Assembly (NCBI GenBank): GCA_965213675.1 | Contig: OZ243916.1 | Coordinates: forward strand, 3,520,001-3,584,000 | Origin: an uncultured Candidatus Binatia bacterium | GTDB lineage: Bacteria; Desulfobacterota; Binatia; UBA9968; JAJDTQ01 | Direction of reading: 5' to 3' | DNA length: 64,000 nucleotides | Shown here: piece after piece, positions 19,842 to 29,571 of the stretch | Layout: each line of letters opens with the position of its first letter | How positions within the stretch are numbered: the first letter of the stretch is position 1 | Made by a program: the position numbers and the translations under genes | The notes under the pieces: model-generated | Told to the model about the DNA's origin: nothing | What the model saw: only the letters and a program-made list of their open reading frames with translations | Database searches by the model: none

Positions 19842-19867
19842 AGGACCGCGCGAGGGCGGTGTCGTGC

Positions 19868-20638
19868 CTACGCCTGCCGTGCTTCGGCTGGCGCGGCTGT
19901 CCCCGCCCGCGGGTCCAGTGGCCGGACGCCCGGCCAGAAGTCCCGCCAGCCGGTCATGGCCTGGACGTGGCCGTCCCACTCCAGCGTAAACGCCGTGATA
20001 CCGAGTTTCACCGCGCGCCGTATCTTGTCGCGGACTTCCGGATCGGTCGCGGCCCGGCGCAGGGTGTCGATTTGCCGGGAGCCATGCCCCACGTCCTGAT
20101 CGGCGTGAATCCGGTACGTCTCCACCTGCCGTTCAGAGAATCCGTAGTGTCCCACCAACTCCTTGTAGACCCGCGCGGCCGCGCCGTCCGGGCCGCCGTG
20201 CTGGCTCTCCACAAAGGCCAGCATGGCCACGCCCTCCAGCGCGGACCTGCGCTGGCAGCAGCCGATGATCATCTCGATGGCCGCCAGCGTGCCGGGCGTG
20301 GGCTCCGCGTTGTCCGCTTCTTCGCGTGAGACCCCGGCTTCCTCCAGGAACTGGTACATGATGTCCACGTGGCTGCGCTCGCCGGACAGCTCCTCCATGA
20401 AGTTCTCCAGCACCACGTCCGCCAGCCCCTGCTCCCGGTTCGCCACCGCGTTCACCGCCATATAGCCGAAGTAGATGGGGTTGGTGCGTACCCGGAGGTA
20501 GTGCTGCACCTCGCCCAGGACGATCTGTTCGCGAGTCCAACGGTGGTCGACGATGCCCTTGAACCAGGGATGCTCCACCATGGGCACTTGGTTTGCGTAT
20601 TCCCACAACTCGTGGATGAACTGATCCGGCGACGCCAC
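19868..20638 (-). CDS. Heme-oxygenase-like diiron enzyme (PqqC/CADD/TenA family)
   Basis: EHPWF, ENFMEELSGERSH, FVESQ and IHADQDVGH metal-ligand pattern; GTG start with GAGGAGG RBS. Confidence 0.85.
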   Translation of the reverse strand: MASPDQFIHELWEYANQVPMVEHPWFKGIVDHRWTREQIVLGEVQHYLRVRTNPIYFGYMAVNAVANREQGLADVVLENFMEELSGERSHVDIMYQFLEEAGVSREEADNAEPTPGTLAAIEMIIGCCQRRSALEGVAMLAFVESQHGGPDGAAARVYKELVGHYGFSERQVETYRIHADQDVGHGSRQIDTLRRAATDPEVRDKIRRAVKLGITAFTLEWDGHVQAMTGWRDFWPGVRPLDPRAGTAAPAEARQA

Positions 20639-20821
20639 GGCGATACCTCCTCGGCGGGATTGATCCGGCCCATGCAAACGAGCATACTCGTATCTGGCTG
20701 GCAATCCAATACGGATCCGCGCGGGCATGGGGCCAGGGAAGTCCTCGCGGCGTCATCGCGCTGGATTCATCACGTTATTTTTGACGCGGGACCACAGGAC
20801 CGGCGCCTTGGGAGTATCAGA

Positions 20822-21292
20822 ATGCCTTGGTGGGGATGGTTGAGTATCGGTATCGTTTTGATGGGCGTGGAGCTGACGGCCGTCGACGCCGCGTTCTATC
20901 TCATTTTCGTCGGCGCCGCTGCCGTCTGCGTCGGGATCATCGGTTTGGCAGGGGTTGACCTGTCCGTCTCGGGCCAACTGGCGTCGTTCGCGGTGCTGGC
21001 GGTGGTGTCCATGGTCCTGTTCCGCGGGAAGCTCTACGACCGGGTCCGCGGCGGACTGCCGGGTTTCGAGTACAAGGTGGCCGGCCGCATCGTGTCGGTT
21101 GGCGAAGACGTTCCCTTGGGCGGTGAGACACGGGTAAGCCTCCAGGGCACCCAATGGACCGCGGTGAACGTGGGGCCGGCGCCGATCACGGCGGGCGGCC
21201 GCGCGCGTGTGGTCGGCAGAGACAGCGTGAGCCTGTCCATCGAGGGACTGGCGGGCGGCGCTGCCGGCGAACCAGGAGAGGAAAAAAAGTAA
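20822..21292 (+). CDS. NfeD family membrane protein
   Basis: WWGWLSIGIVLMGVEL; C-terminal OB fold GTQWTA; adjacent to an SPFH gene. Confidence 0.88.
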   Translation: MPWWGWLSIGIVLMGVELTAVDAAFYLIFVGAAAVCVGIIGLAGVDLSVSGQLASFAVLAVVSMVLFRGKLYDRVRGGLPGFEYKVAGRIVSVGEDVPLGGETRVSLQGTQWTAVNVGPAPITAGGRARVVGRDSVSLSIEGLAGGAAGEPGEEKK

Positions 21293-22252
21293 ATGGATGC
21301 GAATCTGGGTTTCATGATCACGGCGGGCGTTCTCGCCCTCGTCGTGCTGATCGTGCTCGTCAAGACCGCTGTCGTCGTGCCGCAACAGAGCGCCTATGTC
21401 GTCGAGAATCTCGGCAAGTACTCGCGCACCCTTCAGCCGGGCTTCAACATCCTGGTGCCGTTTCTGGAGCGGGTCGCCTACCGCCACAGCCTCAAGGAGC
21501 ACGCCATGGATATCGAGGAGCAGGTCTGCATCACCTCGGACAACGTCCAGGTGGGGGTGGACGGCGTGCTCTACCTGCAGGTGGTGGATCCGGAACGAGC
21601 CTCCTACGGCATCGGCAACTACATCTTCGCCATTTCCCAGCTCGCCCAGACCACGCTCCGCAGCGAGATCGGCAAGATCGAGCTGGACAAGACCTTCGAG
21701 GAGCGGGGCCATATCAACCAGAGCGTGGTCGAAGAGCTGGACAAGGCCTCCGACCCGTGGGGCGTCAAGGTGCTCCGCTACGAGATCAAGAACATCAACC
21801 CGCCGACGGACGTGCTTTCCGCCATGGAGAAGCAGATGCGCGCGGAGCGGGAGAAGCGCGCCACCGTGCTGTCGTCGGAGGGCGAGCGGGATGCCAAGAT
21901 CAACGAGGCCGAAGGCGACAAGCAGCAGGTCATCAAGGCGTCGGAGGCCGCCAAGCAGCGGCAGATCAACGAGGCCGAAGGCGAGGCCGCGGCCATCCTG
22001 GCGGTGGCGGAAGCCACGGCCGGAGGATTGAAGAAGGTCGCCGAGGCCCTGGACTCCGAGGGCGGCGACAAGGCCATGCAACTCCGGGTTGCCGAGAACT
22101 ACCTGGAGCGCTTCGGCAACCTCGCCAAGGAAGGCAACACCCTCATCGTTCCCGCCAACCTCAGCGACATCACCTCCATGATCAGCGCCGCCACTACGGT
22201 CCTCGGCGCCACCTCGGGGCGGGGGAACCGGGAGCCGGAACAGAGCGCGTAG
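21293..22252 (+). CDS. SPFH/stomatin-like (paraslipin) protein
   Basis: QVCITSDNV, QLAQTTLRSEIG, WGVKVLRYEIKNI, MEKQMRAEREKRA. Confidence 0.93.
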   Translation: MDANLGFMITAGVLALVVLIVLVKTAVVVPQQSAYVVENLGKYSRTLQPGFNILVPFLERVAYRHSLKEHAMDIEEQVCITSDNVQVGVDGVLYLQVVDPERASYGIGNYIFAISQLAQTTLRSEIGKIELDKTFEERGHINQSVVEELDKASDPWGVKVLRYEIKNINPPTDVLSAMEKQMRAEREKRATVLSSEGERDAKINEAEGDKQQVIKASEAAKQRQINEAEGEAAAILAVAEATAGGLKKVAEALDSEGGDKAMQLRVAENYLERFGNLAKEGNTLIVPANLSDITSMISAATTVLGATSGRGNREPEQSA

Positions 22253-22330
22253 TGAAACCCGGCTTCTGAGCGCTGATGGATAAGCCGAGGGGATGAGTAT
22301 ATAGACGGCGGTGTACGGAGGATTCCGATC

Positions 22331-22510
22331 ATGGGGAAAAAGGAACCAGAGGCAGACCGTCCGAGAGTCTACTACACATCTCGGGGCGAGCGTTACGTCC
22401 AGGCTGACGAACTCCTGCGGAGTACACGCGGGCGGGACGCAGTCAAGAAGATGGCGGACTTCGCCAACAGGCAGCGTGAACGGAAGGCTTCGGAAAATAC
22501 CTCAGACTAG
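22331..22510 (+). CDS. Small hypothetical protein (59 aa)
   Basis: Below the ORF-track length cutoff; GGAGG RBS; MGKKEPEADRPRVYYTSRGERYVQADELLRSTRGRDAVKKMADFANRQRERKASENTSD. Confidence 0.55.
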   Translation: MGKKEPEADRPRVYYTSRGERYVQADELLRSTRGRDAVKKMADFANRQRERKASENTSD

Positions 22511-22573
22511 CCTCGCGTACGCAATTGCGGGCGCGATCTAGCTCCTCCATCGAGCAAGCACCTTGGCCTTGGG

Positions 22574-23284
22574 TTGGCTGCTGATTCCCGACTCGGGGGT
22601 TATTGGTTCCTCACGCATTGCAACTGGACGCGTTTCAACGCAGCACGCGCGTCCGGTTATCATCTCTTCTTTCAGGCCGCGATCGCCGGTGCGGTCCTGG
22701 TTGTCGTTGCATACGTCATCGCTTCACTAGGATTCCATGTGTGTCCGTATGGCGGTGCATTGTGGCAGTCCTTCGTACCTTTTTCCTACTCTGGCACCGC
22801 TGTATTGAGTGCGATGTTGGGAGTCGCGTCGCCACTGATCTTGAATCGCTTCCATGGCAAAGGAACGGCCACCAGACAGGCGGCACGGGACAAGGGCGAC
22901 CTGATGGAACTACTTCTCGCGGAATCGACAGAACGGCAGTTATTTGTCGAGCTTTCACTGCGTACGGGGAAGTCCTACATAGGATTGGCCCTCAATAGCG
23001 GACTCCAGGCCCACGGGGAATCTGACATCGCCCTTATCCCGCTGGCCAGTGGATATCGAGAACCTGGCAGTCAAGAATTGAGAATCACGACCTACTATTC
23101 CGACATCATTGGGGAATGGCTTGATGAGCTGGACGAGTCTGGGGAATGGAACGAGAAGCCGGAAGTGTCGGAGGAGCGACTTGATGATTTGAACGATTTT
23201 CGGATCGTTGTCCCCATGTCGGAAATCGTGTCGGCGCGGTTGTTCGATCTCGATGTGTACGAACGTTTCCAAGAAGAGTCTTGA
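22574..23284 (+). CDS. Hypothetical membrane protein (5' end possibly frameshifted)
   Basis: TM helices followed by a soluble domain; lower GC; an upstream frame reads LALGWLLIP and would join LGGYWFL if one base were added near 22591. Confidence 0.7.
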   Translation: MAADSRLGGYWFLTHCNWTRFNAARASGYHLFFQAAIAGAVLVVVAYVIASLGFHVCPYGGALWQSFVPFSYSGTAVLSAMLGVASPLILNRFHGKGTATRQAARDKGDLMELLLAESTERQLFVELSLRTGKSYIGLALNSGLQAHGESDIALIPLASGYREPGSQELRITTYYSDIIGEWLDELDESGEWNEKPEVSEERLDDLNDFRIVVPMSEIVSARLFDLDVYERFQEES

Positions 23285-23335
23285 CCGCGGAAGGAGCCGG
23301 TGTCCAACGCGCGAGCGTGAACGAATGGGGCCTCG

Positions 23336-23629
23336 ATGAAGGATTCAAAGGCTGTAGCATTGCTCGCCGGCTTGGTGCGTACTTTCAGGGCGGGAGACAT
23401 CGAAATGCGCTTCGACGAAAGGCAACGCGCGACCCTCGACCTGCTCTGCCGCAAGGGTTTCGTGGACCTCTCCAACGACGGTTTTCGCCTGACCGAAACC
23501 GGCGGGTCCTACACGGTGCGTTCGCAGGTGCCGCCCGTGACGCCCAAGGGAATTCTGTTTCTGGAGCGTCTCCCCATCGACGAATTCACCGACCGGCCGG
23601 GGCTGTTCCGGTTTCTCGGATGGCTGTGA
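23336..23629 (+). CDS. Hypothetical protein (possible winged-helix fragment)
   Basis: 97-aa ORF with LCRKGFV...VTPKGILFLE. Confidence 0.55.
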   Translation: MKDSKAVALLAGLVRTFRAGDIEMRFDERQRATLDLLCRKGFVDLSNDGFRLTETGGSYTVRSQVPPVTPKGILFLERLPIDEFTDRPGLFRFLGWL

Positions 23630-23660
23630 CGGCGTCGGCTCCGTTTGAAAGGAACACACC

Positions 23661-25025
23661 ATGGACGGGCTTGTAGACAGGATCGCGGCATTCGTCGTCG
23701 ACAGTGATTTCGACAACCTGCCGCCAGACGTCGTCGATGCGGCGAAGGCAGCGGTCCTCGACTGCGTCGGCGTTGCGCTGGCGGGCTCGGAGGAGGAGAG
23801 CGCGCGCATTTGCGGCACGCTGGCGCGGCAGGAATCCGGGGCCGCCGAGGCAACGGTCATCGGCCAGGGTTTCCAGACGTCGGCTTCCTGGGCGGCGCTG
23901 TGCAACGGCACCTCGGCGCACGCCCTGGACTTCGATCACAGCTATCTCATGGGTCAACCCACCGCCGGCCTGATTCCGGCCGTTCTTGCCATGGGCGAGA
24001 CAGTGGGGGCCAGCGGCCAGGATGTGCTGACCGCCTACGTGGCCGGTTTCGAGGTGGTGTCCCGGCTGGCCCGCTCCATGCCGCAACTGTCCACGCACGG
24101 TCACTGGCACGCCACCTCCAGTATCGGCACGGTGGGCGCTGCGGCGTGTTGCGCCCGGCTCGCGGGGCTCGACGCGGCCGCCGCGCGCAACGCCCTGGGC
24201 ATCGCCGCGTCCATGGCGTCGGGAATGGTGTGGAACTTCGCCACCATGACCAAACCGCTGCACTCGGGGCTGGCGGCTCAAAACGGAGTGATGGCGGCGC
24301 GGCTGGCGGCCCGAGGTTTCACCTCCAGCGCGGCGGCCCTGGAAGAGGGAAAAGGGATGCTCGACTGCTTCGCGCGCGGCCTGGAATGTGGCGTGACGCC
24401 GTTCGAGAGCCTCGGCCGCACGTTCGACCTCACGGACATCGGCATCAGCGTCAAGCCGTATCCCTGCGGCGGCCTGACCCACTCCGCGGTGGACGCCGTG
24501 CTGGAGTTGCGGCAGGCTGGCCTTCGGGCGGATGAGGTGGATTCCATGCGGGTGGGTGTGACGTCCCAGGTCCATGACCGGATCATGAACGCGCTGCCCG
24601 CCAACGGCATCGAGTCCAAGTTCAGCATGCCCTACATCCTGGCGCGGGCGCTCGTGGATGGGGCGCTGCTGCTGGACACGTTCACGGACGAGGCCGCGGC
24701 CGACCCCGCCATCCGGCGCATCGCGGGAAACATCGTCATGGAACTGGACGCCAGCCTCGTGGAGACCGCGGACGGCGCGCGTCCCGCCGCGGTGATGGTC
24801 CGTCTCAAGGATGGCGGCGAGTTGCACCGCCGTGTGGACCACTCGCGAGGAAGGCCCGAAAAGCCCCTGACCCAGGCGGAGTTGCGCGACAAGTTCGACA
24901 CCTGCGCCGCTCGCGTCCTGGACCCGGAGCGTAGCCGGCACATGGCCGACGTCATCGACGGCCTGGATCGTGTCGAGAGTATCCGCGAGCTATGTGAGTC
25001 GTTGGCAGGGTCGCCCAGCGAATGA
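23661..25025 (+). CDS. MmgE/PrpD family protein
   Basis: LDCVGVALAG, NGTSAHALDFD, TKPLHSG, KPYPCGGLTH, KFSMPY. Confidence 0.93.
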   Translation: MDGLVDRIAAFVVDSDFDNLPPDVVDAAKAAVLDCVGVALAGSEEESARICGTLARQESGAAEATVIGQGFQTSASWAALCNGTSAHALDFDHSYLMGQPTAGLIPAVLAMGETVGASGQDVLTAYVAGFEVVSRLARSMPQLSTHGHWHATSSIGTVGAAACCARLAGLDAAAARNALGIAASMASGMVWNFATMTKPLHSGLAAQNGVMAARLAARGFTSSAAALEEGKGMLDCFARGLECGVTPFESLGRTFDLTDIGISVKPYPCGGLTHSAVDAVLELRQAGLRADEVDSMRVGVTSQVHDRIMNALPANGIESKFSMPYILARALVDGALLLDTFTDEAAADPAIRRIAGNIVMELDASLVETADGARPAAVMVRLKDGGELHRRVDHSRGRPEKPLTQAELRDKFDTCAARVLDPERSRHMADVIDGLDRVESIRELCESLAGSPSE

Positions 25026-25066
25026 CCGAAAGCGCGGTCGCGTGACCACCGCTCCCGTTCCGCGCG

Positions 25067-26074
25067 TTACATCTTCTCCGCGTTACCCTCGTCCTCGAAC
25101 TCCGGCGCCCAGCCCTCGCCGAAAGCGTCGGCTTCCTCGAAACCTTCCGTGCGCCATTCGTCGATGAGTTGCTGAATGGGTATCTTGCGCCGCATGAGCC
25201 CCTTCATGAGGTTCTTGTACATGGGCGCCACGTGGGTCTGGGCGTTGATGGGGCACACCGTCAGGCACACCTTGCAGCCCTCGTACTGTTCGAAGTAGGG
25301 GCGGCACTGGGGCGTGTCCACATGCCACCGGAGGGTGCCGAAGATTTCCTGCTTCTGCGGAACGATGGCGTCGCCCGGGCAGAAGTTGGTGCATGCGTTG
25401 CAGCGCAGACAGAAGTCGTCGAAACCGAAGTTGGCCGGCTGTTTCTCGGGGACCAGCGGCATCTCCGTGGTCACCGCGCCCAGGCGCACGCTCGGGCCGA
25501 ACTTCTTCGTGATGAGGGAGCCGTGACGCCCCAGCTCGCCCAGGCCGGCCTTCCACGCCACCGGGATGAACAGGATGTCGCCCTCGTTGCGGTAGCCCAC
25601 CGCGTGGTAGCCGTAGGAGCGGATGTACTGCGCCAGTCGCACGGAAATGTCCGACAGGAGGTAGTAGACCTTGTGCACCTCCATCTGCGCCAGTGGACCC
25701 AGCCGCTTCATCTCCTCGAAGTCCATGTGGACAGCGAAGGAGATCGCCACCTTGTGCCCTTGCGGCGGCTTGGTGCCACGCACGTAGTCGAACTCGTCGA
25801 CGGGCGCCACGCCCACCAGGTCAGCGCCCATGTCCAGCGCCACCTTCTTGAGCGTCCGGGTGACCCCGGCCCAGTCGTTGGTCTCCAGCCGGTCGGGATT
25901 CACCGGGCCGTCGTGAAGGTTGCGGCGGTCGTGGTCCTCGCGCATGAACATGAAGCGGCGCGTCTGCGGATGGCGCCTGGCCTTGGTCACCTGGCCTGTT
26001 TTCTTGTCGTTGAAGGGCCACTGCTTGATGGGTTGCTCCCGGTTTTCCGTGAAGACAATGCCGCTGGGTTCCAT
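25067..26074 (-). CDS. Reductive dehalogenase-like cobalamin/2x[4Fe-4S] protein (RdhA/QueG superfamily)
   Basis: GADLVGV, AGLGELGRHGSLITKKFGPSVRL..VTTEMPL, FCLRCNACTNFCP and C-X9-CKVCLTVCP; AGGAG RBS. Confidence 0.8.
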   Translation of the reverse strand: MEPSGIVFTENREQPIKQWPFNDKKTGQVTKARRHPQTRRFMFMREDHDRRNLHDGPVNPDRLETNDWAGVTRTLKKVALDMGADLVGVAPVDEFDYVRGTKPPQGHKVAISFAVHMDFEEMKRLGPLAQMEVHKVYYLLSDISVRLAQYIRSYGYHAVGYRNEGDILFIPVAWKAGLGELGRHGSLITKKFGPSVRLGAVTTEMPLVPEKQPANFGFDDFCLRCNACTNFCPGDAIVPQKQEIFGTLRWHVDTPQCRPYFEQYEGCKVCLTVCPINAQTHVAPMYKNLMKGLMRRKIPIQQLIDEWRTEGFEEADAFGEGWAPEFEDEGNAEKM

Positions 26075-26550
26075 GCTTGGCTCCTCTCCTGGGGCAGGTT
26101 TCGGCGAACCGAGCTGCGGGCCGCCTCCGATGCGCGCCCGGATCTTATCAGAATGGCTGCGCGGATGTCATGCTACACCAGAACCGGACGTTCATGGAAC
26201 CTGTCCCATGCAACGAACAGGGTGATCCCACGCTGACCGAGCCTCCGCGTCGAGCGCCGGACGGGGCTGGTTCTTGTCCTTGGGAAGCCGCGTTGCGCCG
26301 GAAGAACGCCGTCCGAACCTCCGATTTCGGTGCAAGACGGCAGCGTGGGCCAGTCCTGTGCGACGAATCCTCTTCGCCGTCCCCGCTTGCGACAGCCATT
26401 CCCGGAGAATCTCCAGCCCCTTCCCGGTACAAACGGTTTGGCTTCGTCGCGCCAACACCCGTGCTTGTGCTGCCCGCCCGCCTCCTTTACGGTTCGCAAT
26501 AACATTGAACCGGGTGCGCTCTGCGCCCAACTGCTCGCAGGAGAACCATC

Positions 26551-28242
26551 ATGCAAATGACCGCGGGACATGCCGTGGCGGAAGTGCTGGCCCAGCTCGG
26601 CGTGCGCAAGGTGATCGGCGTCGTGGGCTCGTGCATGCTCGAGATACTCGACGGCATGTACGGCCGGGACGACATCCAGTTCCTCTCCACGCGCCACGAG
26701 CAGGCCGCCGCCCTCATGGCTGACGGCTTCGCGCGCATCGCCGGCCGTCCCGGCGTGTGCATCGCCACCAATGGCCCCGGCGCCACCAACCTCTTGACCG
26801 GCGTGGCCAACGCCTTCCACGCCCAGAGCCCCGTGCTGGTCATCACCGGCGCGCCCATGATGAAGGACATGTTCCGGGACTCGGCCCAGGAGATCGACCA
26901 GCAGGCCATCTTCCGGCCGGTGGTCAAGTGGTCGGCGCAGGTGCGCAAGCCCGAGCAGGCCGCGGCCCTCACTTGGGAAGCCTGGCAGCGCACCCTGACG
27001 GGCGTCCCCGGCCCCGTGCACCTGGACCTGCCCCGGGACGTGTTGAACGAGAACGTCGAGATGCCGGACATGGGCGGGCTGTTCCGCGGCGCGGTGGCCG
27101 CTCCCGCGCCCGATGCGGAAGCGGTGGCCGCGGCCGTCCGCCTGCTCGGGAAGGCGCGCCGCCCTGTGCTGTTGGCTGGCGGCGGGGTGCTGTGGTCCGA
27201 GGCCAGCGATGATCTGGTGGCGTTGTCCAAGCGTCTCAACGCGCCCGTCCTTTCCTCCACCGGCCGGGACGATGTCGCACCGCATTCGTATCCCCTGTAC
27301 CTCGGCACCATCGGCCGGGGAGCGCTGCCCGAGGCCCAGGCATTCTTCAAGCAGGCAGACCTGGTGGTGGCCGTGGGCACGAGTCTGGGCCACCTGACCA
27401 CCTTTTGGCGCCCGGACTTCCTGGCCCCAGGCACCCGGTTGATCCACGTGGCCCAGGACCGCAACAACCTCGGCCGGGTCTACCCCGCCGAGGTCGGCAT
27501 CCAGGCCGACGCCCGGGCCGCCCTCCAGGCGTTCCTGGACGCGGTGGAAGGCGACAGCCCGAGCCGTGTGGGCTGGCTCCGGAAGGCCGCTGCCCTGCGC
27601 GTTGCCCAGGAACGGCACCGGCAGCAGGCGTCCCGCTGCGACAGCCGGCCCATCGACCCGCGCCGCGCCCACGCCGCCCTGCACAAGGTCTTGCCCAAGG
27701 ACGCCATCGTCGCCCTCGACGCCGGCGTCGGCCCCGGCTACGTCTACGAGTACCAGACCTTCGAGCAGCCCCGGAGCCTGCTGGCGCCCCAGGGTCTCGC
27801 CGCCATCGGCATCGGCTACCCTGTGGGTCTCGGCGCCAAGCTCGCCGCCCCCGACCGCCCGGTTGTCACCCTGAGCGGCGACGGCTCCTTCCTCTACAAC
27901 GGCGCCGAACTGGAAACCGCGGTGCGCGAGAACATCCCCACCACCTGCATCATCTTCAACAACTTCAACTACGGCTCCGAGCGCGCCTACCAGAAATTCT
28001 ATTACGACGAGCGCTACATCGGCGACGCCATCGGCAACCCACCCTTCGACGAATACGCGCGCCTGTTCGGCGCCGCCGGCCTGCGCGTCACCGAGCCCGG
28101 CGAGTTGGAGGACGCCTTCGCCGAGGCCCTGCGCTTGGGAAAGGCACAGCCGGTCCTGGTGGATGTGCTGTGCAGCGCGGACGTGTTCCCCGAACCCCGG
28201 CGGAAGGAGACGGTGAAGGCGGACCGGCTGCGGCAGGGGTAG
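26551..28242 (+). CDS. ThDP-binding protein, sulfoacetaldehyde acetyltransferase (Xsc)-like
   Basis: RHEQAA, NGPGATN, GDGSF...NN; Xsc-like YGSERAYQKFYYDERYIG. Confidence 0.85.
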   Translation: MQMTAGHAVAEVLAQLGVRKVIGVVGSCMLEILDGMYGRDDIQFLSTRHEQAAALMADGFARIAGRPGVCIATNGPGATNLLTGVANAFHAQSPVLVITGAPMMKDMFRDSAQEIDQQAIFRPVVKWSAQVRKPEQAAALTWEAWQRTLTGVPGPVHLDLPRDVLNENVEMPDMGGLFRGAVAAPAPDAEAVAAAVRLLGKARRPVLLAGGGVLWSEASDDLVALSKRLNAPVLSSTGRDDVAPHSYPLYLGTIGRGALPEAQAFFKQADLVVAVGTSLGHLTTFWRPDFLAPGTRLIHVAQDRNNLGRVYPAEVGIQADARAALQAFLDAVEGDSPSRVGWLRKAAALRVAQERHRQQASRCDSRPIDPRRAHAALHKVLPKDAIVALDAGVGPGYVYEYQTFEQPRSLLAPQGLAAIGIGYPVGLGAKLAAPDRPVVTLSGDGSFLYNGAELETAVRENIPTTCIIFNNFNYGSERAYQKFYYDERYIGDAIGNPPFDEYARLFGAAGLRVTEPGELEDAFAEALRLGKAQPVLVDVLCSADVFPEPRRKETVKADRLRQG

Positions 28243-28400
28243 AAGCCTGTCCGTGTCGTCGGGAACCGCTGCGAGGCCTGGACGCGGTTCCCGGAAAGAT
28301 CCTGATCCAGCGACCCCGGGCAACCGGTCGCCCATCGACTGGCTCAAGACAGGCCTCTCGAAGCGCGGTCGAAGGACGCAATCCGCGTGTTCGCTGGGCG

Positions 28401-29219
28401 TCAGTCGCTGATCTGGAACTGCAGCAGCGTGGCGGGTGTCTTGTAGTAGGCGGCGCGGGCATCCGCCTCCGAGGTGTACTGGCCGGGCGGCAACCGGCGC
28501 GCGCGAACCGTGACTGGAAGCGGTGTGACATCGAAAGGGTAGGGGTCCATCTGTACGGAGCCGTCCGGTTTGGGGGTGATGCGCAACTCGACGCCGCGGT
28601 TGGGTGCGTAGCCGGCCGGAATGGGCGCCAGGCGTTCCTCCTTGAAGCCGCTGTCGCCGTGGCCGTCGCAACAGAAGTACAGCGACAGCAGGTCGAAGAG
28701 CTGGAGCATGCGGTAGTTGATCCACAACTCTTTCTCGAAGGCCGGGTTCCCGGCGGTCAGGTTCGCCTTGTCCCGTTGCTGTTGCGCTTCGAGCTCGCCC
28801 AGCGCGGCCTGCACCGGGGCGCTCAGCTCGCGGACACGCGGCTGGGGGCTGGTGAGGACGTCGTAGCGGCCGCGCCACAGTCCGGTGCGATGCATGGAGA
28901 CCAGGATGCCGGCATAGAGGTCGTGGCCGCGAACCCATTCCACGTTTCGCCGGTACGCCATCAACTCGGTGGCCTCGAAATCCGGGATTCGCTCGCGGTG
29001 CCCGTACGGCCGGCCCTTGTCCGCGTTCATCCGCGGCATTCCTTCCCACTCGCGGTAGCCGCTGTCGTGATACGTGGTGGCGAAGACCATGGTGTCGTAG
29101 GGCCGCAGTCGCGCGAACCGGTCGTTGCCCCAATGGGCCGCGAACTGCGCCGACAACTCGGCGTGTTCTTCCTGCGTGCTGGCGTAGGTGGAACCGTCCG
29201 AGAGTTCACGTATGACCAT
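28401..29219 (-). CDS. DUF3891 family protein
   Basis: TQEEHAELSAQFAAHWGN, HDSGY, LVSMH, DLLSLYFC, DPYPF. Confidence 0.85.
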   Translation of the reverse strand: MVIRELSDGSTYASTQEEHAELSAQFAAHWGNDRFARLRPYDTMVFATTYHDSGYREWEGMPRMNADKGRPYGHRERIPDFEATELMAYRRNVEWVRGHDLYAGILVSMHRTGLWRGRYDVLTSPQPRVRELSAPVQAALGELEAQQQRDKANLTAGNPAFEKELWINYRMLQLFDLLSLYFCCDGHGDSGFKEERLAPIPAGYAPNRGVELRITPKPDGSVQMDPYPFDVTPLPVTVRARRLPPGQYTSEADARAAYYKTPATLLQFQISD

Positions 29220-29571
29220 GGCAAGTCCTCCTTCGACCCTTGATCACCATGCGTCAGGCGACGTACGAGTTCTTCCATCGAGGCGCCGACTGTCGGGCCT
29301 CGCCCTTGAGTCAGGACTTGTCTCCGGGATCGATATCGCCGACGATGAGGCTTGTGCTCATGTCGGCTTCTTCACAGGAATAAACAGTCGTCCAAGGGCC
29401 ATTTCAGCAGCAAAATATGCTATCAGAAGTCGCGCGTCAAAAAGGCGCGTCAAAGAGTTGACACATTGCGCCCGCTGTCCCGCCGATCCGGCGGATCGTT
29501 GGAGCGGGTGGCCGAAGCGGTTCCGTGGGGGCTAGGAAGGGCAAGCGCTCCGATCAAGGGAAGGGATTCCG

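Noticed and set aside
25945-25990. Twin-arginine (Tat) signal in the RdhA-like N-terminus (ARRH, TRRF)
   Set aside because: No hydrophobic h-region follows.
26075-26550. Cobalamin riboswitch upstream of the RdhA-like gene
   Set aside because: GGGAA segments are present, but I could not find the B12-box or the other conserved elements by eye; an Infernal/Rfam scan would settle it.
26173-29133. Very long ORFs such as 26173..29133 (-), 384..2279 (-), 13478..15337 (+), 35218..37653 (+), 37776..39782 (-) and 48647..50656 (-)
   Set aside because: These are antisense or off-frame shadows of well-supported genes in high-GC DNA and carry no family motifs.
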